Assembly (NCBI GenBank): GCA_963815115.1
Contig: CAWFFN010000005.1
Coordinates: 1,120,001 to 1,184,000, forward strand
Length of the DNA: 64,000 bases
Reading direction: 5' to 3'
Source of the DNA: an uncultured delta proteobacterium
GTDB lineage: Bacteria > Desulfobacterota > Binatia > DP-6
The position numbers and the translations under genes were made by a program. Position 1 is the stretch's first letter; each line of letters starts with the position of its first letter. Shown here in pieces: positions 20,161 through 31,016 of this stretch. The notes below the pieces were generated by a model. It did not search any database. It was not told the origin of the DNA and worked only from the letters and a program-made list of their open reading frames with translations.

Positions 20161-21651
20161 TCAGCGCTCCGCGGCCGGCTCCGGCCGGGCGAGATCGCCG
20201 GTGCTGAACGCCAGCTCCGCCGCCGTCGTGAACACCTTCGCCCGGGCCTCCGTGTCGAGGGTGCGGGCACGTGCCAGGTTGCGCTGGGCCTCCCGCACGT
20301 CCGGGTATGTCGCCAGCCCGTGCTCGTACGACGAGAGGGTAGCGGTCCAGCTCTTCTCGGACGCCGCAAGCAACGCGACGCCCGCCTGTTGCCGGGCGAG
20401 CGCGACCTTCGTGTCGTTGTACGCCTTCCACACGTCACGCACCGCCTTGTCGCGCGCGAGGGTGAGCTCGTCCGCGGCCACCCGCTGCGCCGACTCGGCC
20501 AGGCTCAGCCGGTTGCGCCGCTCGAAGCCCTCGAACAACGTCCACTCGAAGCGCAGCCCCGCGTCCCACTGCTGCGCGTCGACCGTATCGTACGGACCGC
20601 CCAGGATGCTGATCCGTCCGATGTTGCGGCCGGTGGCGGCACGGATCCCGAGCTTGGGAAAGAAGTCCGCGCGCGCGTTACGCACCTCGGCCTCCTTCGC
20701 GCGGAGCGTCGCCAGCCGGGCGAGGAGGTCGGGACGCTGCGCCAGGGCCCGGTCGACCGCGTCGTCCACCGATTCCTCCGCCCCTGGCGGGAGCGGCTGC
20801 TGCGATACGTCGATCACGCGGATCGAAGTCGTCGGAAGCACGCCCATGCTCTCCGCCAGCGCCATCCGGGCATCGATCTCGGCCGCCAGGGCGTCGTCGA
20901 CGTCGTATTGCGCGCGCGCGGCTTCCTCGTGTGCTTGCAGCGCCTCGGGCAGCGTCCCTTCGCCGTGCACCCGTCGCGCCCCCGCCGCCGTTTCCAGCGT
21001 CTGCGCCGACTCGAGCGCCGCACGCGCCGCGGCGACCCGGCCGCGGACCGCGGTGAGCGTGTAGAACGCCCGCGTGACCGCGAACACGACCTGCTGGTGC
21101 TTGGCATTGAATCCGACCGTCGCCTCGAGCTGAAGGGCCTTCGCGGCGTCGACAGTGGCACCGCGGCGCCCGAAGTCGAGCAGCCACCACTCGAGTGACA
21201 CGATCGGGAGCACGAGCTGGGTGTTCGCCGTCAGGTAGCCCTTGGGCAGGCCCCCCGGGATGAGATTCGGCGGGAACGGCAGTGCCAGATGCGCGGCGCC
21301 CCCCGTCGCGCTCGCGGCGAGCAGCGGATAGTACGTGCCTTCAGCGAGCCCCACCGCGATCGCCCCTTGCCGCGCCCGTTCCCACGCGACGCGCGTCTCC
21401 GGATTCGTGCGCTGGGCAATGTCGACGAGCTCGGGCAGCTCGTACGTCTTCTCGGGATCGATGCTGACCGTCGTGCTCGCTTCGCTCGCGCGCTCCCGCT
21501 CCACGAGATCCGCCGACGCGCGCGGAAGCTCCGGGGCAGCCCACGGCCGGCTGGGCGATGGCGGGGTGTTGCGCATGGGACTCCATGCGGCGCAGCCCGT
21601 GCACAGCACCATGCCCCCCGCGCCTGCGATCCACTGCCGCGCGCGGATCAT
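20161..21651 (-). CDS. TolC-family outer-membrane efflux lipoprotein (MdtP-like)
   Basis: Lipobox CTGC; LPELVDIAQRTNPETRVAWERARQ; ATGA overlap with the upstream gene. Confidence 0.9.
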   Translation of the reverse strand: MIRARQWIAGAGGMVLCTGCAAWSPMRNTPPSPSRPWAAPELPRASADLVERERASEASTTVSIDPEKTYELPELVDIAQRTNPETRVAWERARQGAIAVGLAEGTYYPLLAASATGGAAHLALPFPPNLIPGGLPKGYLTANTQLVLPIVSLEWWLLDFGRRGATVDAAKALQLEATVGFNAKHQQVVFAVTRAFYTLTAVRGRVAAARAALESAQTLETAAGARRVHGEGTLPEALQAHEEAARAQYDVDDALAAEIDARMALAESMGVLPTTSIRVIDVSQQPLPPGAEESVDDAVDRALAQRPDLLARLATLRAKEAEVRNARADFFPKLGIRAATGRNIGRISILGGPYDTVDAQQWDAGLRFEWTLFEGFERRNRLSLAESAQRVAADELTLARDKAVRDVWKAYNDTKVALARQQAGVALLAASEKSWTATLSSYEHGLATYPDVREAQRNLARARTLDTEARAKVFTTAAELAFSTGDLARPEPAAER

Positions 21652-23828
21652 CGGCCGGCACCCGGGTGCAGGCGCTCCGTGGAGCTCGCGGCGGACAGTG
21701 CCTCGATCCGTGGGACGAGGACGCGATACAGCTCGAGCCGACCGCGTACCTGCGCTGCGACGTCGGTGCTGGCCACGCGTCCCAGGGACGAGCGTGCGAC
21801 GTCCGCCAGGTCGGCGAGCGGCGCCTGAAGATCCGGGAGCGGAGTCTCCGTCCTTCCCTCGATGCGATTCGCCACGGCATCGAGACTCGCCGCCACGGCG
21901 CTGTTCAGGCGGCGGACGGCGGCGCGGACGGGCGAAGGAAGCACGTCCAGTGCGAAGTCGGGACGATGCCGCGCGATGGCGAGCTGGTTCAGGAAAACGG
22001 CCTGCGCATCGATGGTCACGCGCTGGAGGGCGGCCCGGGTGTCCCACTCTCCCTCACCGGGGACGCCGGGCTCGAACCCGGCCTCCTCGAGCGATTGCTG
22101 AACGGCGCCGAAGCTTCGATCGGCCTCGGCCCGCAGCGCGGCCGTGCTGCGAGCCGTCGCTGCCGCGTCTTCGGTCTCACCCTCGACTGTCGCGAGGCGC
22201 GCGGTCGTCCGCAGCGCCGCAGCGAGGTTGCGCCGCAGCGCCATGAGGGCATCGACCGGCCACACGTAGAGGAACACCAGCGTGATGACGACGTTGCCGA
22301 GCAGGATCCCCACCAGGCGGTCCCGGATGGTGTCGAAGTGCCAGTTCGGCGCGAAGCCCTGGATCACGCATACGAAGAACGCGAAGGCGATCTGCACGCC
22401 GGCGTACGAGATGCGGGCGCTCCCCAGATTGACCCATCCCGCGACGGCGGTCCCGGCGGCAACCAGGAGGACCAGCGACGTGATCGACACCATGCCCGGG
22501 ATGAGCAGCAGGATCGACAGGAAGCCCATCAGCGCGCCGACCAGGGCGCCCGAGAGGCGCAGGGTGGCCTTCTGGATCGTCGCCCCTTCGCTCGTCAGCC
22601 CGACGATCATGCACGTGACGATGCACGTGCGGATGCCGGGCCAGTCGACCGCGCTCTGCAGGAGGTAGCAGATCATCACGGCGAGCGACCCCTTCAAGGC
22701 GTAGCGCAGGTACTCGGGGTTGGTGAGCGCGTCGGGCACGAACAGGCGGCGCGGCTCGGCCAGCGGGGCCACCTCGGCGGGGACGTCTTCGCTCTCGAGC
22801 GTGGAGCGCAGGAGGTTCACCACGTGCTCGAGCTCCACCAGAGCGGGGTGGACGACAGGATCGTCAGCACCGGGCGGTGGCGCGCTGCCGGGCGATGCGT
22901 GCTCCGGGGAACGTCCCGTTGCGAGCGCCTGCCGCACGCGGCCGCACTCGTCGGCAACGCGTTGCAGCCGGACGCGCTCGGCCGCGAGAAGCGGTGCCGT
23001 GCTGGTGAGCTCGAGCGCCGCGGACGCGGTGACGAAGCGATCCGCCAGGGTGATCAGTGCGCGCAGCTGCCCCTGCCGTCGCCTGAGCGACGGGTGCACG
23101 ATCGTGGCGCTCCGGAGCAGCGCGAGCATCCTCGCCATCCCCGCTGTCACCAGGGTGCCGACAGACGGCGTGGTTCCCCTGCCGGACCCCTCCAGCAGAT
23201 GGGTCAGAGCGTCCTCCGTCGCCTGTATCCGCATGTCCAGCTCCTCGTCGAGGAGCTTCGCGGGATCGCTGGGCGCAATCAGCAGGTTGACGGCGACCGA
23301 CGCCGCGATGCCCAGGGCGAAGATCGGCCAGAGCCAGAGACTCGCCCGGACCACCAGCTCAGGAATCGGGATGAAGTCCGGCGCGGTCATGATGAGCGTG
23401 CCCACGAGGCCGACGACGAACCCGAGCGCGCCGATCACGAACGTTCGCCTGAGGAACAGTCCCAGGGCCGCCAGCGCGGCCATCAGGCAGAAGCGCAGCC
23501 ACGCCTGATCCATCGCGATGGTCAGCAGGAGGAGCGACCCGGCCAGGCCGATAGTGAGGGCGATCAGGGCCACGACGCCGAAGAGCAGCGTCTCCCCTGC
23601 CTCCTCGCTCACGACCCGGAGAGCCACCCACACCGAGAGGTGTGCCTCCGGCACCTGGAGCGTCATGCACAGCACGAGCGTCACGACACACGCGATGACG
23701 ATGCGGACCGTGCCGATCGCTCGACCCGGAACCGGCGCCAGCTCGCGACGGAGAAACGCAAGCAGCTGCACGAGCCGGGGCGCCGGGAGCGGCACGGTCT
23801 CAGCGAGGGCCATGCGGCGGAGGGTCAA
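21648..23828 (-). CDS. FUSC-family efflux inner-membrane subunit (MdtO-like)
   Basis: FLRRELAPVPGR, YALKGSLA..DWPGIRTCIVTC and RISYAGVQIAFAF motifs. Confidence 0.88.
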   Translation of the reverse strand: MTLRRMALAETVPLPAPRLVQLLAFLRRELAPVPGRAIGTVRIVIACVVTLVLCMTLQVPEAHLSVWVALRVVSEEAGETLLFGVVALIALTIGLAGSLLLLTIAMDQAWLRFCLMAALAALGLFLRRTFVIGALGFVVGLVGTLIMTAPDFIPIPELVVRASLWLWPIFALGIAASVAVNLLIAPSDPAKLLDEELDMRIQATEDALTHLLEGSGRGTTPSVGTLVTAGMARMLALLRSATIVHPSLRRRQGQLRALITLADRFVTASAALELTSTAPLLAAERVRLQRVADECGRVRQALATGRSPEHASPGSAPPPGADDPVVHPALVELEHVVNLLRSTLESEDVPAEVAPLAEPRRLFVPDALTNPEYLRYALKGSLAVMICYLLQSAVDWPGIRTCIVTCMIVGLTSEGATIQKATLRLSGALVGALMGFLSILLLIPGMVSITSLVLLVAAGTAVAGWVNLGSARISYAGVQIAFAFFVCVIQGFAPNWHFDTIRDRLVGILLGNVVITLVFLYVWPVDALMALRRNLAAALRTTARLATVEGETEDAAATARSTAALRAEADRSFGAVQQSLEEAGFEPGVPGEGEWDTRAALQRVTIDAQAVFLNQLAIARHRPDFALDVLPSPVRAAVRRLNSAVAASLDAVANRIEGRTETPLPDLQAPLADLADVARSSLGRVASTDVAAQVRGRLELYRVLVPRIEALSAASSTERLHPGAGR

Positions 23829-24871
23829 CGCTCAACGGGCGGCTCTGCCTCGTTCCGATTTCCGAGAATGATCGTCACGGCCGATGCGCCGACGCGGAAG
23901 GCGTCGGCCGGGTGCGGGTCGTCGATGTGGATGCGGACGGGGAAGCGCTGCGCGATGTGGACCCAGTTGAGCTCGCGCCGGATGGTGGGGATCCCGGGCA
24001 GGATGGCTCCGTCCTCCGGATTCACCGCCCAGCCGATCCCCTGGACCGTGCCCCGGTACCGCCGGCGCGGATCGGTCATCAGGTAGACCTCTGCCGCCAT
24101 GCCGGGGGCGATGCGATCGAGCTCCGACTCGCGGTAGTTGGCCAGGACATACCAGTTGCGGGTATCGACCAGCGCGAAGACCGGCAGCGGCCCGGGCGTG
24201 ACGAATGCGCCGACAGCCGTGTGGAGATTGACCACCAGCGCGTCGAACGGCGCCTCGACCCGCGTGTGGCCGAGATCCAGCTCCGCCTTCCCGAGCGCAG
24301 CGGCCGCGGCGTCCCGCTTCGCTCGCAGCGAATTCAGGTCGCCGACGTCCTTCTCGGCCTGCATCATCTTCCGACGGGCCTCGTCGAGGCTGGCCTCCAT
24401 CGACAGCTTCGCCGCCCGCGCCTGGTCCAGCCGTTCCGCGGTGACGAACTGCTGCTGCGCCAGGGGCACCAGGCGGTTGTACGTGTCGGCGGCGTTCCGG
24501 GCCTGCGCCTCGGCGCGCTGGACAGCCGCCCGGGCCGCGGCGGTCGCGTACTCCTGGCCCTGGATGCGCCGCTGCGTGAGGTCGATCTCCGCGTCGAGCG
24601 CCTGGACGTCCGCCCGGCTATGTGCGACCGCGTACTGGTAGGCCCGCGGGTCGATGAGGAACAGGGGATCGCCCTGCTTGACGGCCTGGTTGTCGACCAC
24701 GTGGAGCTCGACGATCCGGCCCGCGACCTCGGGGACGACGTTGATGACGTCGGCCATCACCGTCGCATCGTCGGTCTGTGGATGTCGCACGACGCGCCGG
24801 ACGACCACGACGGCCAGCACGAGTGCCCCCGCGATGATGGCGATGCTGAGCAGCCTTCCCAGCGCACGCAT
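23825..24871 (-). CDS. HlyD-family membrane fusion protein (MdtN-like)
   Basis: PQTDDA, VVDNQAVKQGDPLFLIDP and NWVHIAQRFPVRI motifs. Confidence 0.92.
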   Translation of the reverse strand: MRALGRLLSIAIIAGALVLAVVVVRRVVRHPQTDDATVMADVINVVPEVAGRIVELHVVDNQAVKQGDPLFLIDPRAYQYAVAHSRADVQALDAEIDLTQRRIQGQEYATAAARAAVQRAEAQARNAADTYNRLVPLAQQQFVTAERLDQARAAKLSMEASLDEARRKMMQAEKDVGDLNSLRAKRDAAAAALGKAELDLGHTRVEAPFDALVVNLHTAVGAFVTPGPLPVFALVDTRNWYVLANYRESELDRIAPGMAAEVYLMTDPRRRYRGTVQGIGWAVNPEDGAILPGIPTIRRELNWVHIAQRFPVRIHIDDPHPADAFRVGASAVTIILGNRNEAEPPVER

Positions 24872-24877
24872 CTCGCG

Positions 24878-25162
24878 TCACCCGCCGAACAGGACCAGCC
24901 AGCTGGCGAAGATCAGGAGCGCCGCCAGGCAGGGGTAGACCAGACCTGCAGGCGTGACGTACGGCGCGATGCCGGTGGCTGTCAGCACCCGCCAGGCGAT
25001 CAGCGCGAGCACCAGCCCGGCGACGATGGAGATCAGCCACGCCGGGAAGAACGAGCCCAGGATGTTCACGGACGGCGAGAGGGCGCAGCCAGCGGTAGGG
25101 AACGCGGCGATCCACGCGAATCGTGAGACCGCAGCGCACTTCGTGGAGCGCCGGGTTCGCAA
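24878..25162 (-). CDS. YtcA-family lipoprotein
   Basis: GC..SPSVNILGSFFPAWL motif upstream of mdtNOP-like genes. Confidence 0.8.
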   Translation of the reverse strand: MRTRRSTKCAAVSRFAWIAAFPTAGCALSPSVNILGSFFPAWLISIVAGLVLALIAWRVLTATGIAPYVTPAGLVYPCLAALLIFASWLVLFGG

Positions 25163-25376
25163 CCCCTTCCCCTTCCACCGCCCGTCGCGGCGCCCATCCC
25201 CTGCCTCGTACCATCGGCGATGTCAAGACACGCATGATGGCGACCGAGCCTTTGACGCGGCGGCACCGTTGGAGGGAGGATTCGGCACACCTCAGGCGAG
25301 ACATCGTCGAGGAGGGCAGGGCGTCCGACCCTGACATTTCGAGGCGCCCGGCGCCCACGGCGAGGAGAGCACGAGC

Positions 25377-26240
25377 ATGATCGATTTGAGCGGAAAGGTC
25401 GCAATCGTCACCGGCGGCTGCAGCGGCATCGGGCGCGGCACGGTGAAGGTGCTGCACCGCGCCGGCGCACGGGTCGCATGTGTCGACGTCCAGGACGAGA
25501 AGGGGCATGCGCTGGCCCAGGAGATCGGCGACGGTCTGCTCTACGTCCACGCCGACGTCACGTCGGAGGACGAGATCGGGGCGGCCTTCCGGCGCGTGGC
25601 GGAGCGCTTCGGCGGGATCGACACGCTCTTCAACAACGCCGGCGCCGCCGAGCCGCTTGGATCCGATCCCTTCGACCTCACGATCTTCGAAGGCGTCCAG
25701 AAGCTCCTGGTGCACAGCGTCGTCCTCGGCATCAAGTACGCGCTGCCCTCGATGGTCGCGCGCGGTGGCGGATCGATCGTGAACACGGCGAGCATTGCCG
25801 GTCTCCAGGCTGGGTACGGCCCCTTCGCCTACTCGGTGGCCAAGGGCGCGGTCGTCCACCTCTCGCGGGTCGCCGCGGCGGCGCTCGCCAAGGACGGGAT
25901 CCGGGTGAACGCGATCTGTCCCGGCATCATCCCGACGTCGATCTTCGGGCGCGCGCTGGGCGAGTCCATCGCCGATGCGGACCGCCGTGCCCGCGACATC
26001 AGCGAGCGGGCGCACGGCTGGCAGCCCATCCGCATCGCCGGCTCGCCGGAGGACATCGGCTACGCGGTGGCGTACTTCGCGAGCGACCTGAGCCGCTTCG
26101 TCACCGGTCAGTTTCTGGCGGTCGACGGCGGGATCACCGTCGGCCCGCGCTCGGCGTGGGAGGAGTCCGCGGCCATCGAGAGCTGGTCCCGCATCGGGAT
26201 GAGCGAGGAGCAGGTGAAGAGGATGCTCGGGACGGCCTAG
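25377..26240 (+). CDS. SDR-family oxidoreductase
   Basis: TGGCSGIG, NNAG, YSVAK and IRVNAICPG motifs. Confidence 0.93.
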   Translation: MIDLSGKVAIVTGGCSGIGRGTVKVLHRAGARVACVDVQDEKGHALAQEIGDGLLYVHADVTSEDEIGAAFRRVAERFGGIDTLFNNAGAAEPLGSDPFDLTIFEGVQKLLVHSVVLGIKYALPSMVARGGGSIVNTASIAGLQAGYGPFAYSVAKGAVVHLSRVAAAALAKDGIRVNAICPGIIPTSIFGRALGESIADADRRARDISERAHGWQPIRIAGSPEDIGYAVAYFASDLSRFVTGQFLAVDGGITVGPRSAWEESAAIESWSRIGMSEEQVKRMLGTA

Positions 26241-27714
26241 GAGCCTGACCCAAGACTCCGCCGCATTATGTTGCTAGAAGGGCGACATGGCGGAGGCGGG
26301 GCGGTGGAAGCCGTATGTGCAGCGGCAGGGGCAGCTGCTGCCGACGTTCGTTGAAGACACGCTCGACCCGAGCGATCCGGTCTTTTTCATCGACGACGCC
26401 GTCGAGAGTCTCGACCTGACGCCGTTCGAGCAGCGCTACGCCGAGACGGGCGAGCATGCCTACGCGCCGCGGCTGTTGCTCAAGCTGTGGCTGTACGCGG
26501 CGACGCAGGGCGTATTCAGCGGCCGGGAGATCGCGCGGCGGCTCCGGCGCGACCTAGCTTTCCGGTACCTGGCGGGGGACGGGCCGGTGCCAGATTTCCG
26601 GACGATCAATCGCTTCCGGGTGCGGCATCGGGAGGACTTCGCCTGGGTGCTGCGGGCGACCGTCCGGCTGGCGCGCGGGGCCGGGCTGGTGAAGCTCGGG
26701 CTCGTGACGGTGGACGGCACGAAGTTGCGGGCGAACACGTCGCGGCACAAAGCGATGAGCCACGCGCGGCTCCAGCAGGAGGAGGCGCGGCTCGAGGCCG
26801 AGCTCGCCGCGTTGGTGACCAAGCTGGATGACGTGCAGGCCGCGGAGGACCGCGAACACGGCGAGGACGACGACGGCAGTGGGGGGTTACCCGCCGAGCT
26901 GCGGACGCGGGAGCAGCGGCTGGCCAAGCTGCGGGCGGTGCGGGCGCAGTTGGAGGCCGAGAAGGGTGCGACGTTGAAGCCGCGGCACCAGAAGAGCTTT
27001 GCCGACCCCGACGCGCAGATGATGCGCGCGGGGGACGGGGCCTTGGTCTACGCCTACAACGCCCAGGCAGCCGTGAGTGCGGACGGGCTGATCGTGGCGA
27101 CCGGGGTGACGACGGCGGTGCGGGACATTGGGCAGTTGGTCCCCATGATCGAGGCGGTGACCGCGACGACCGGAGAGTCGCCTGGCTGCACGGTGGCCGA
27201 CAATGGGTATCTCACGGAGGCGAATCTCGCGACCCTCGCGGAGCGGGGCGTGCGGTGTCTCGTGGCGGTGGGCCGCGAGGGCAAGGCCGTGCGGTGGCCG
27301 CAGGGACCGCACACCCAGCGCATGCATCGCCTGCTCCATCTGCCGTGGGCGCAGCGCTGGTATGCCTGGCGAAAGACGCAGGCGGAGCGTCCTTACGCGG
27401 AGATCAAGCACGCGATGGGCTTTCGCCGGGTCGCGCTGCGGGGCGTGGCGAAGGTCGGCGGCGAGTGGGACCTCGTGTGCGCGGCCTTCAACCTGCGGCG
27501 GCTGCGGGCGCTGGGCCTCGTCCCGGCGTAGACTCTGCCGCACACGCGGCGTGCGTCGGGGGCGTGGGGTCGCCGTCGGAGCGAATCCGCAGCCCCTTGC
27601 ACGCGCTCGCGGCCCATCGATGCGGCGCTGCACACTCGTCGGCGCGCATGGGGCGAGGACGCTGAGCGGAGACGGTGACCCCACGCCCCCGCACCGGCGT
27701 CTCGGGTCACGCTC
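26241..27714 (+). mobile_element. IS1182-family insertion sequence, 1474 bp, flanked by CTAG
   Basis: IRL GAGCCTGACCCAAGAC (26241-26256) and IRR GTCTCGGGTCACGCTC (27699-27714) match at 14/16; CTAG at 26237-26240 and 27715-27718. Confidence 0.9.
26287..27531 (+). CDS. IS1182-family DDE transposase
   Basis: PDFRTINRFR, VDGTKLRAN, DPDAQMM, YNAQ, ADNGY and E..YAEIKH.MGFRR..LRG..KV..EW motifs. Confidence 0.95.
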   Translation: MAEAGRWKPYVQRQGQLLPTFVEDTLDPSDPVFFIDDAVESLDLTPFEQRYAETGEHAYAPRLLLKLWLYAATQGVFSGREIARRLRRDLAFRYLAGDGPVPDFRTINRFRVRHREDFAWVLRATVRLARGAGLVKLGLVTVDGTKLRANTSRHKAMSHARLQQEEARLEAELAALVTKLDDVQAAEDREHGEDDDGSGGLPAELRTREQRLAKLRAVRAQLEAEKGATLKPRHQKSFADPDAQMMRAGDGALVYAYNAQAAVSADGLIVATGVTTAVRDIGQLVPMIEAVTATTGESPGCTVADNGYLTEANLATLAERGVRCLVAVGREGKAVRWPQGPHTQRMHRLLHLPWAQRWYAWRKTQAERPYAEIKHAMGFRRVALRGVAKVGGEWDLVCAAFNLRRLRALGLVPA

Positions 27715-27745
27715 CTAGTTCGGATGGGACACGCCTGGAAGACCT

Positions 27746-29581
27746 CTACGCTGCGCGGGCGCCGGTCGTCGGCAGGCTCGTGAACAGCCGCGACAGGAAG
27801 CGGGCGGTCCGGCGGAACGGCGACCCCAGCGCTTCGTCGCGCACCAGGCGTGCTCCTTCCTGGTGGTGCTCGAGGACCAGCTTCCGGTTGTGAAACGCTT
27901 CCAGCTCCGCGCGATGCCCCACGCTCACCACCGTCGCCGTCGGCAGCCGTTCGAAGAGCAGCTTCATGAGCTGGTCCTGGCTCGACGGATCGAGCGCCGC
28001 CGTCGCCTCGTCCATCACCACGATGTCCGGTTGCTGCATCAGCACCCGGGCGAACGCGAGCCGCTGCTTCTCGCCACCCGACAGGATGCTCTCCCAGCGC
28101 GCGTCCTCGTCGAGGCGGTCGAGGAACTGATCGAGGCCGACGTCCCCCAGCGTCTTGCGGATCACCGCCTCGTCGACCTCGTCGGGCGATTGCGGATAGG
28201 TGGCGGCCCGCCGCAGCGTGCCGAGCGGCACGTAGGGCTGCTGCGGCATGAGGAAGAGGCGGGCGTTCGGCTGGATCAGTATCTCGCCCTGTCCCCACGG
28301 CCACAGGCCGGAGATCGCCCGCACCAGGGTGCTCTTCCCGGTACCCGATTCCCCGACCACCAGCACCCTCTCGCCGCGTGCGATGTCGACGTCGGCTTCG
28401 TTCACCACGGCGCTGCCGTCGTCCAGCATGACGGACACGTTGCGCAGGTGGAGCGCCGCGCCCTCCGACTCGCCGTACTGGATGCGCCCCGTGCTCTCCT
28501 CGCGGTCGGCCCGCTCGAGGCGATCGAGCGACACCAGCAGCGAGCCGAGCCTGCGCGCCGAGGCCGTCCAGTCCGCCAGGCGAGGGTAGTTGTCGACCAG
28601 CCAGTTGAACGCCACCTGCACGATGACGAACGCGGACGACGCCTGCATGACCTCGCCCAGCGTCATCTCGTTGGCGACGTACTTCGGCGCGCAGAGGAGG
28701 ATCGGCAGGACCGGCACGAACGCGGAGCTCGTCTGCGACACGACCGTCGTCTGCATCCATTGCGTCACCAGCGCCCGCCAGCGTCGCAGGACGCCGCGAA
28801 AGGCCTCGTCGAGGCTCCAGCGCTCCTCGCCTTCGCCACCGAGTAACGCGATGCTCTCGCCATACTCACGCACCCGGGTGAGCCCGTAGCGGTACTCGGC
28901 CTCGGCCTGGTTCTTGTTCTCGGACGCGGCGACGAAGCGCCGGCCGATGATCGCCATGGCGCCGCTGGCCAGCACCGCATAGAGGACCGCCGCGATCACG
29001 AGGAAGCCGGGAATGGAAAGCGTGGTCTCTCCGAATTGCATCGTCAGCGCGCCGCCGATGAACCACAACACGCCGATGAAGGTGACCGCCGAGAGCACCG
29101 CCGAGAAGATGCCCACTGCGAAGTCGATCGGCGCCTCACAGGCCAGCCGCAGGTCCTCGGCCACGCGGTATTCGGGGTTCTGGTGATCGCCGGGAATCAG
29201 GCTGAGCTGATAGTAGCGGCCGCTGCTGATCTAGCGATCGAGCACGTGACCGTTCAACCAGGCGCGCCAGCGCCGCTGCGTGGTCATGCGGCCGAACACG
29301 CTGGCCGCGGCGATGCTGACGCTGGCCAGCGTGAGCGGCAGGAAGATGATCGACTGCCGCAGGACGCCGCCGGCGTCCTTGTGGTCGAGCGCGTCGAACA
29401 TGGCCCGGTTCCAGACGTTCAGCCGGTATTGTACCGCCAGGTTCACGAGGGCCAGAACCACGAGGAGGGCCGTCAGCAACCAGGCCGCTGGACCCGCCCC
29501 GCGCCGCCAGAAGCCGAGCGCCGCCTCCCAGAAGTTCGCGAGGAGATACTGCTTGGTCTCGCGATCGTCCTGCTCTGCCAT
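27746..29581 (-). pseudogene. YddA/BacA-like fused ABC transporter with internal TAG at 29231-29233
   Basis: One frame reads HVLDR*ISSGRYYQL..NPEYRVAEDLR; Walker A GESGTGKS and LSGGEKQR follow. The stop falls where Trp is expected. Confidence 0.85.
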
Positions 29582-29694
29582 CCGCCTGCTCCCCGACTCG
29601 CCGCCAGCGGCGACCCCTGCCGCGCGGCAGCTTACAACGAGTCCATCCTCGCGGGCGAACGCGGCGCGCCGACCCATGCGATCGGGGCGGCCTC

Positions 29695-30891
29695 CTACAC
29701 CTCACAGACGGCGATCGCCGGGGCGTCGCGGCGGGCCTTGTCGGTCGTGGTGGCCAGGTCGGCCAGGCGCCTGTAGGTGACGCGGTCGGGGTCGAGTCCG
29801 AGATCGGCAGCATCGGCCGGACCGAGGCGTTCCACCAGCGCCTTGGAGGCGAGAGCGCGCCCGCCGGTCGCACAGGCCTCGATGCGGGCGGTCTCGTTGA
29901 CCTCGTCGCCGAGGGCGGTGACCTCGGTGCGTCCGCTGGTCGCGACCTGCCCGACGTAGAGGGTCGACCCCCAGTGCAGCCCGAAGCGCAGAACGACCTC
30001 CTCGGTGGCGAGGTTGCTTCGCAGTGCGACGTCGGTGATCGCGTTCCTGAGTGCGCGCGCGGCGGCGATGCAGGCCCGGGCGGCGGCGGACTCCGAGCCG
30101 GCGGTCTCGGCGAGGAAGAAGGCCACCATGCCGTCGCCGATGTGCCGGCCCACGAGGCCGCCGGCGTCGATGATGCACTGATCGGCGGCGCGCGCGAGGC
30201 GGCGCCCGAGCGCAAAGTAGCTGGCCGTAGACAGGCGACGTGCGAGCGGCGACGAAGCTTCGAGGTCTGCGAACAGGATCGCCGCCGGGCGCCGGGCCGC
30301 CTTCGCGACCAGCTGCATGCGCTCGAAGTGCCGTAGATCGACTCCGACCGCGACCGTCGCGAGGATTGCCATGCCGGCTCCGGGCTTCGAGATCAGCGCG
30401 GTTCCCGCGCGCCGTCCCGCGGCATCGTGGACGCGCACCGCGGTGGTGAGGGCGTCGACCGGCGTGCCGAGGTGCATTCCCCGCCATGCGAACGAACGCG
30501 CCGGCGAGTCGTCGACGGGTGACATCCGATCGACCAGGTCGCGAAGCGCGGGGTGGACGAGCTGGCGCAGCTCGTCGCGGCCGCCCGCGGTATCGGCGAG
30601 GATCAGTCCGCCGAACGCGCCGAACAGGTCGCGCACCAGTTCCAGGGTGTTCGGACCGCTGCGCCACCGCAAGCGGATGCTCATCGCCTCGGATCCGAAG
30701 TAGTGCACCCCGAGGGCGACGGGTGCGAGATCGGTCAGGCCGCCGTAGATTCGACGCAGATCCTCGGTGCTGTAGACCAGCCGCCAGTCCCGGTCGACGA
30801 TCTCGGCCCAGTGACCCACGTCGCGCAGCGCTGCCGCCATGGCGGCGAGCGCCGGGTCCTCGGGCAGCGGGAGCGATCCCGGACCTTCCAT
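29695..30891 (-). CDS. Class III adenylate/guanylate cyclase domain protein
   Basis: AILFADLEASS, GRHIGDG, RFGLHWG and ALGDEVNETARIE motifs. Confidence 0.88.
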   Translation of the reverse strand: MEGPGSLPLPEDPALAAMAAALRDVGHWAEIVDRDWRLVYSTEDLRRIYGGLTDLAPVALGVHYFGSEAMSIRLRWRSGPNTLELVRDLFGAFGGLILADTAGGRDELRQLVHPALRDLVDRMSPVDDSPARSFAWRGMHLGTPVDALTTAVRVHDAAGRRAGTALISKPGAGMAILATVAVGVDLRHFERMQLVAKAARRPAAILFADLEASSPLARRLSTASYFALGRRLARAADQCIIDAGGLVGRHIGDGMVAFFLAETAGSESAAARACIAAARALRNAITDVALRSNLATEEVVLRFGLHWGSTLYVGQVATSGRTEVTALGDEVNETARIEACATGGRALASKALVERLGPADAADLGLDPDRVTYRRLADLATTTDKARRDAPAIAVCEV

Positions 30892-31016
30892 GGAGCGACT
30901 CTATAACCCAACCCATTTCCTTCGCTACGCGAGCAGGTCCGCAGTTCTGCCCGCTCATGGCCTACGATCGCGCGACCTTCTCGCTGCGGGCTTGACCCGC
31001 GGCCCGGAGCCGGCCC

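Noticed and set aside
29231-29233. Pyrrolysine or amber recoding
   Set aside because: The position corresponds to Trp, TAG is a normal stop throughout the window, and no pyl genes are seen.
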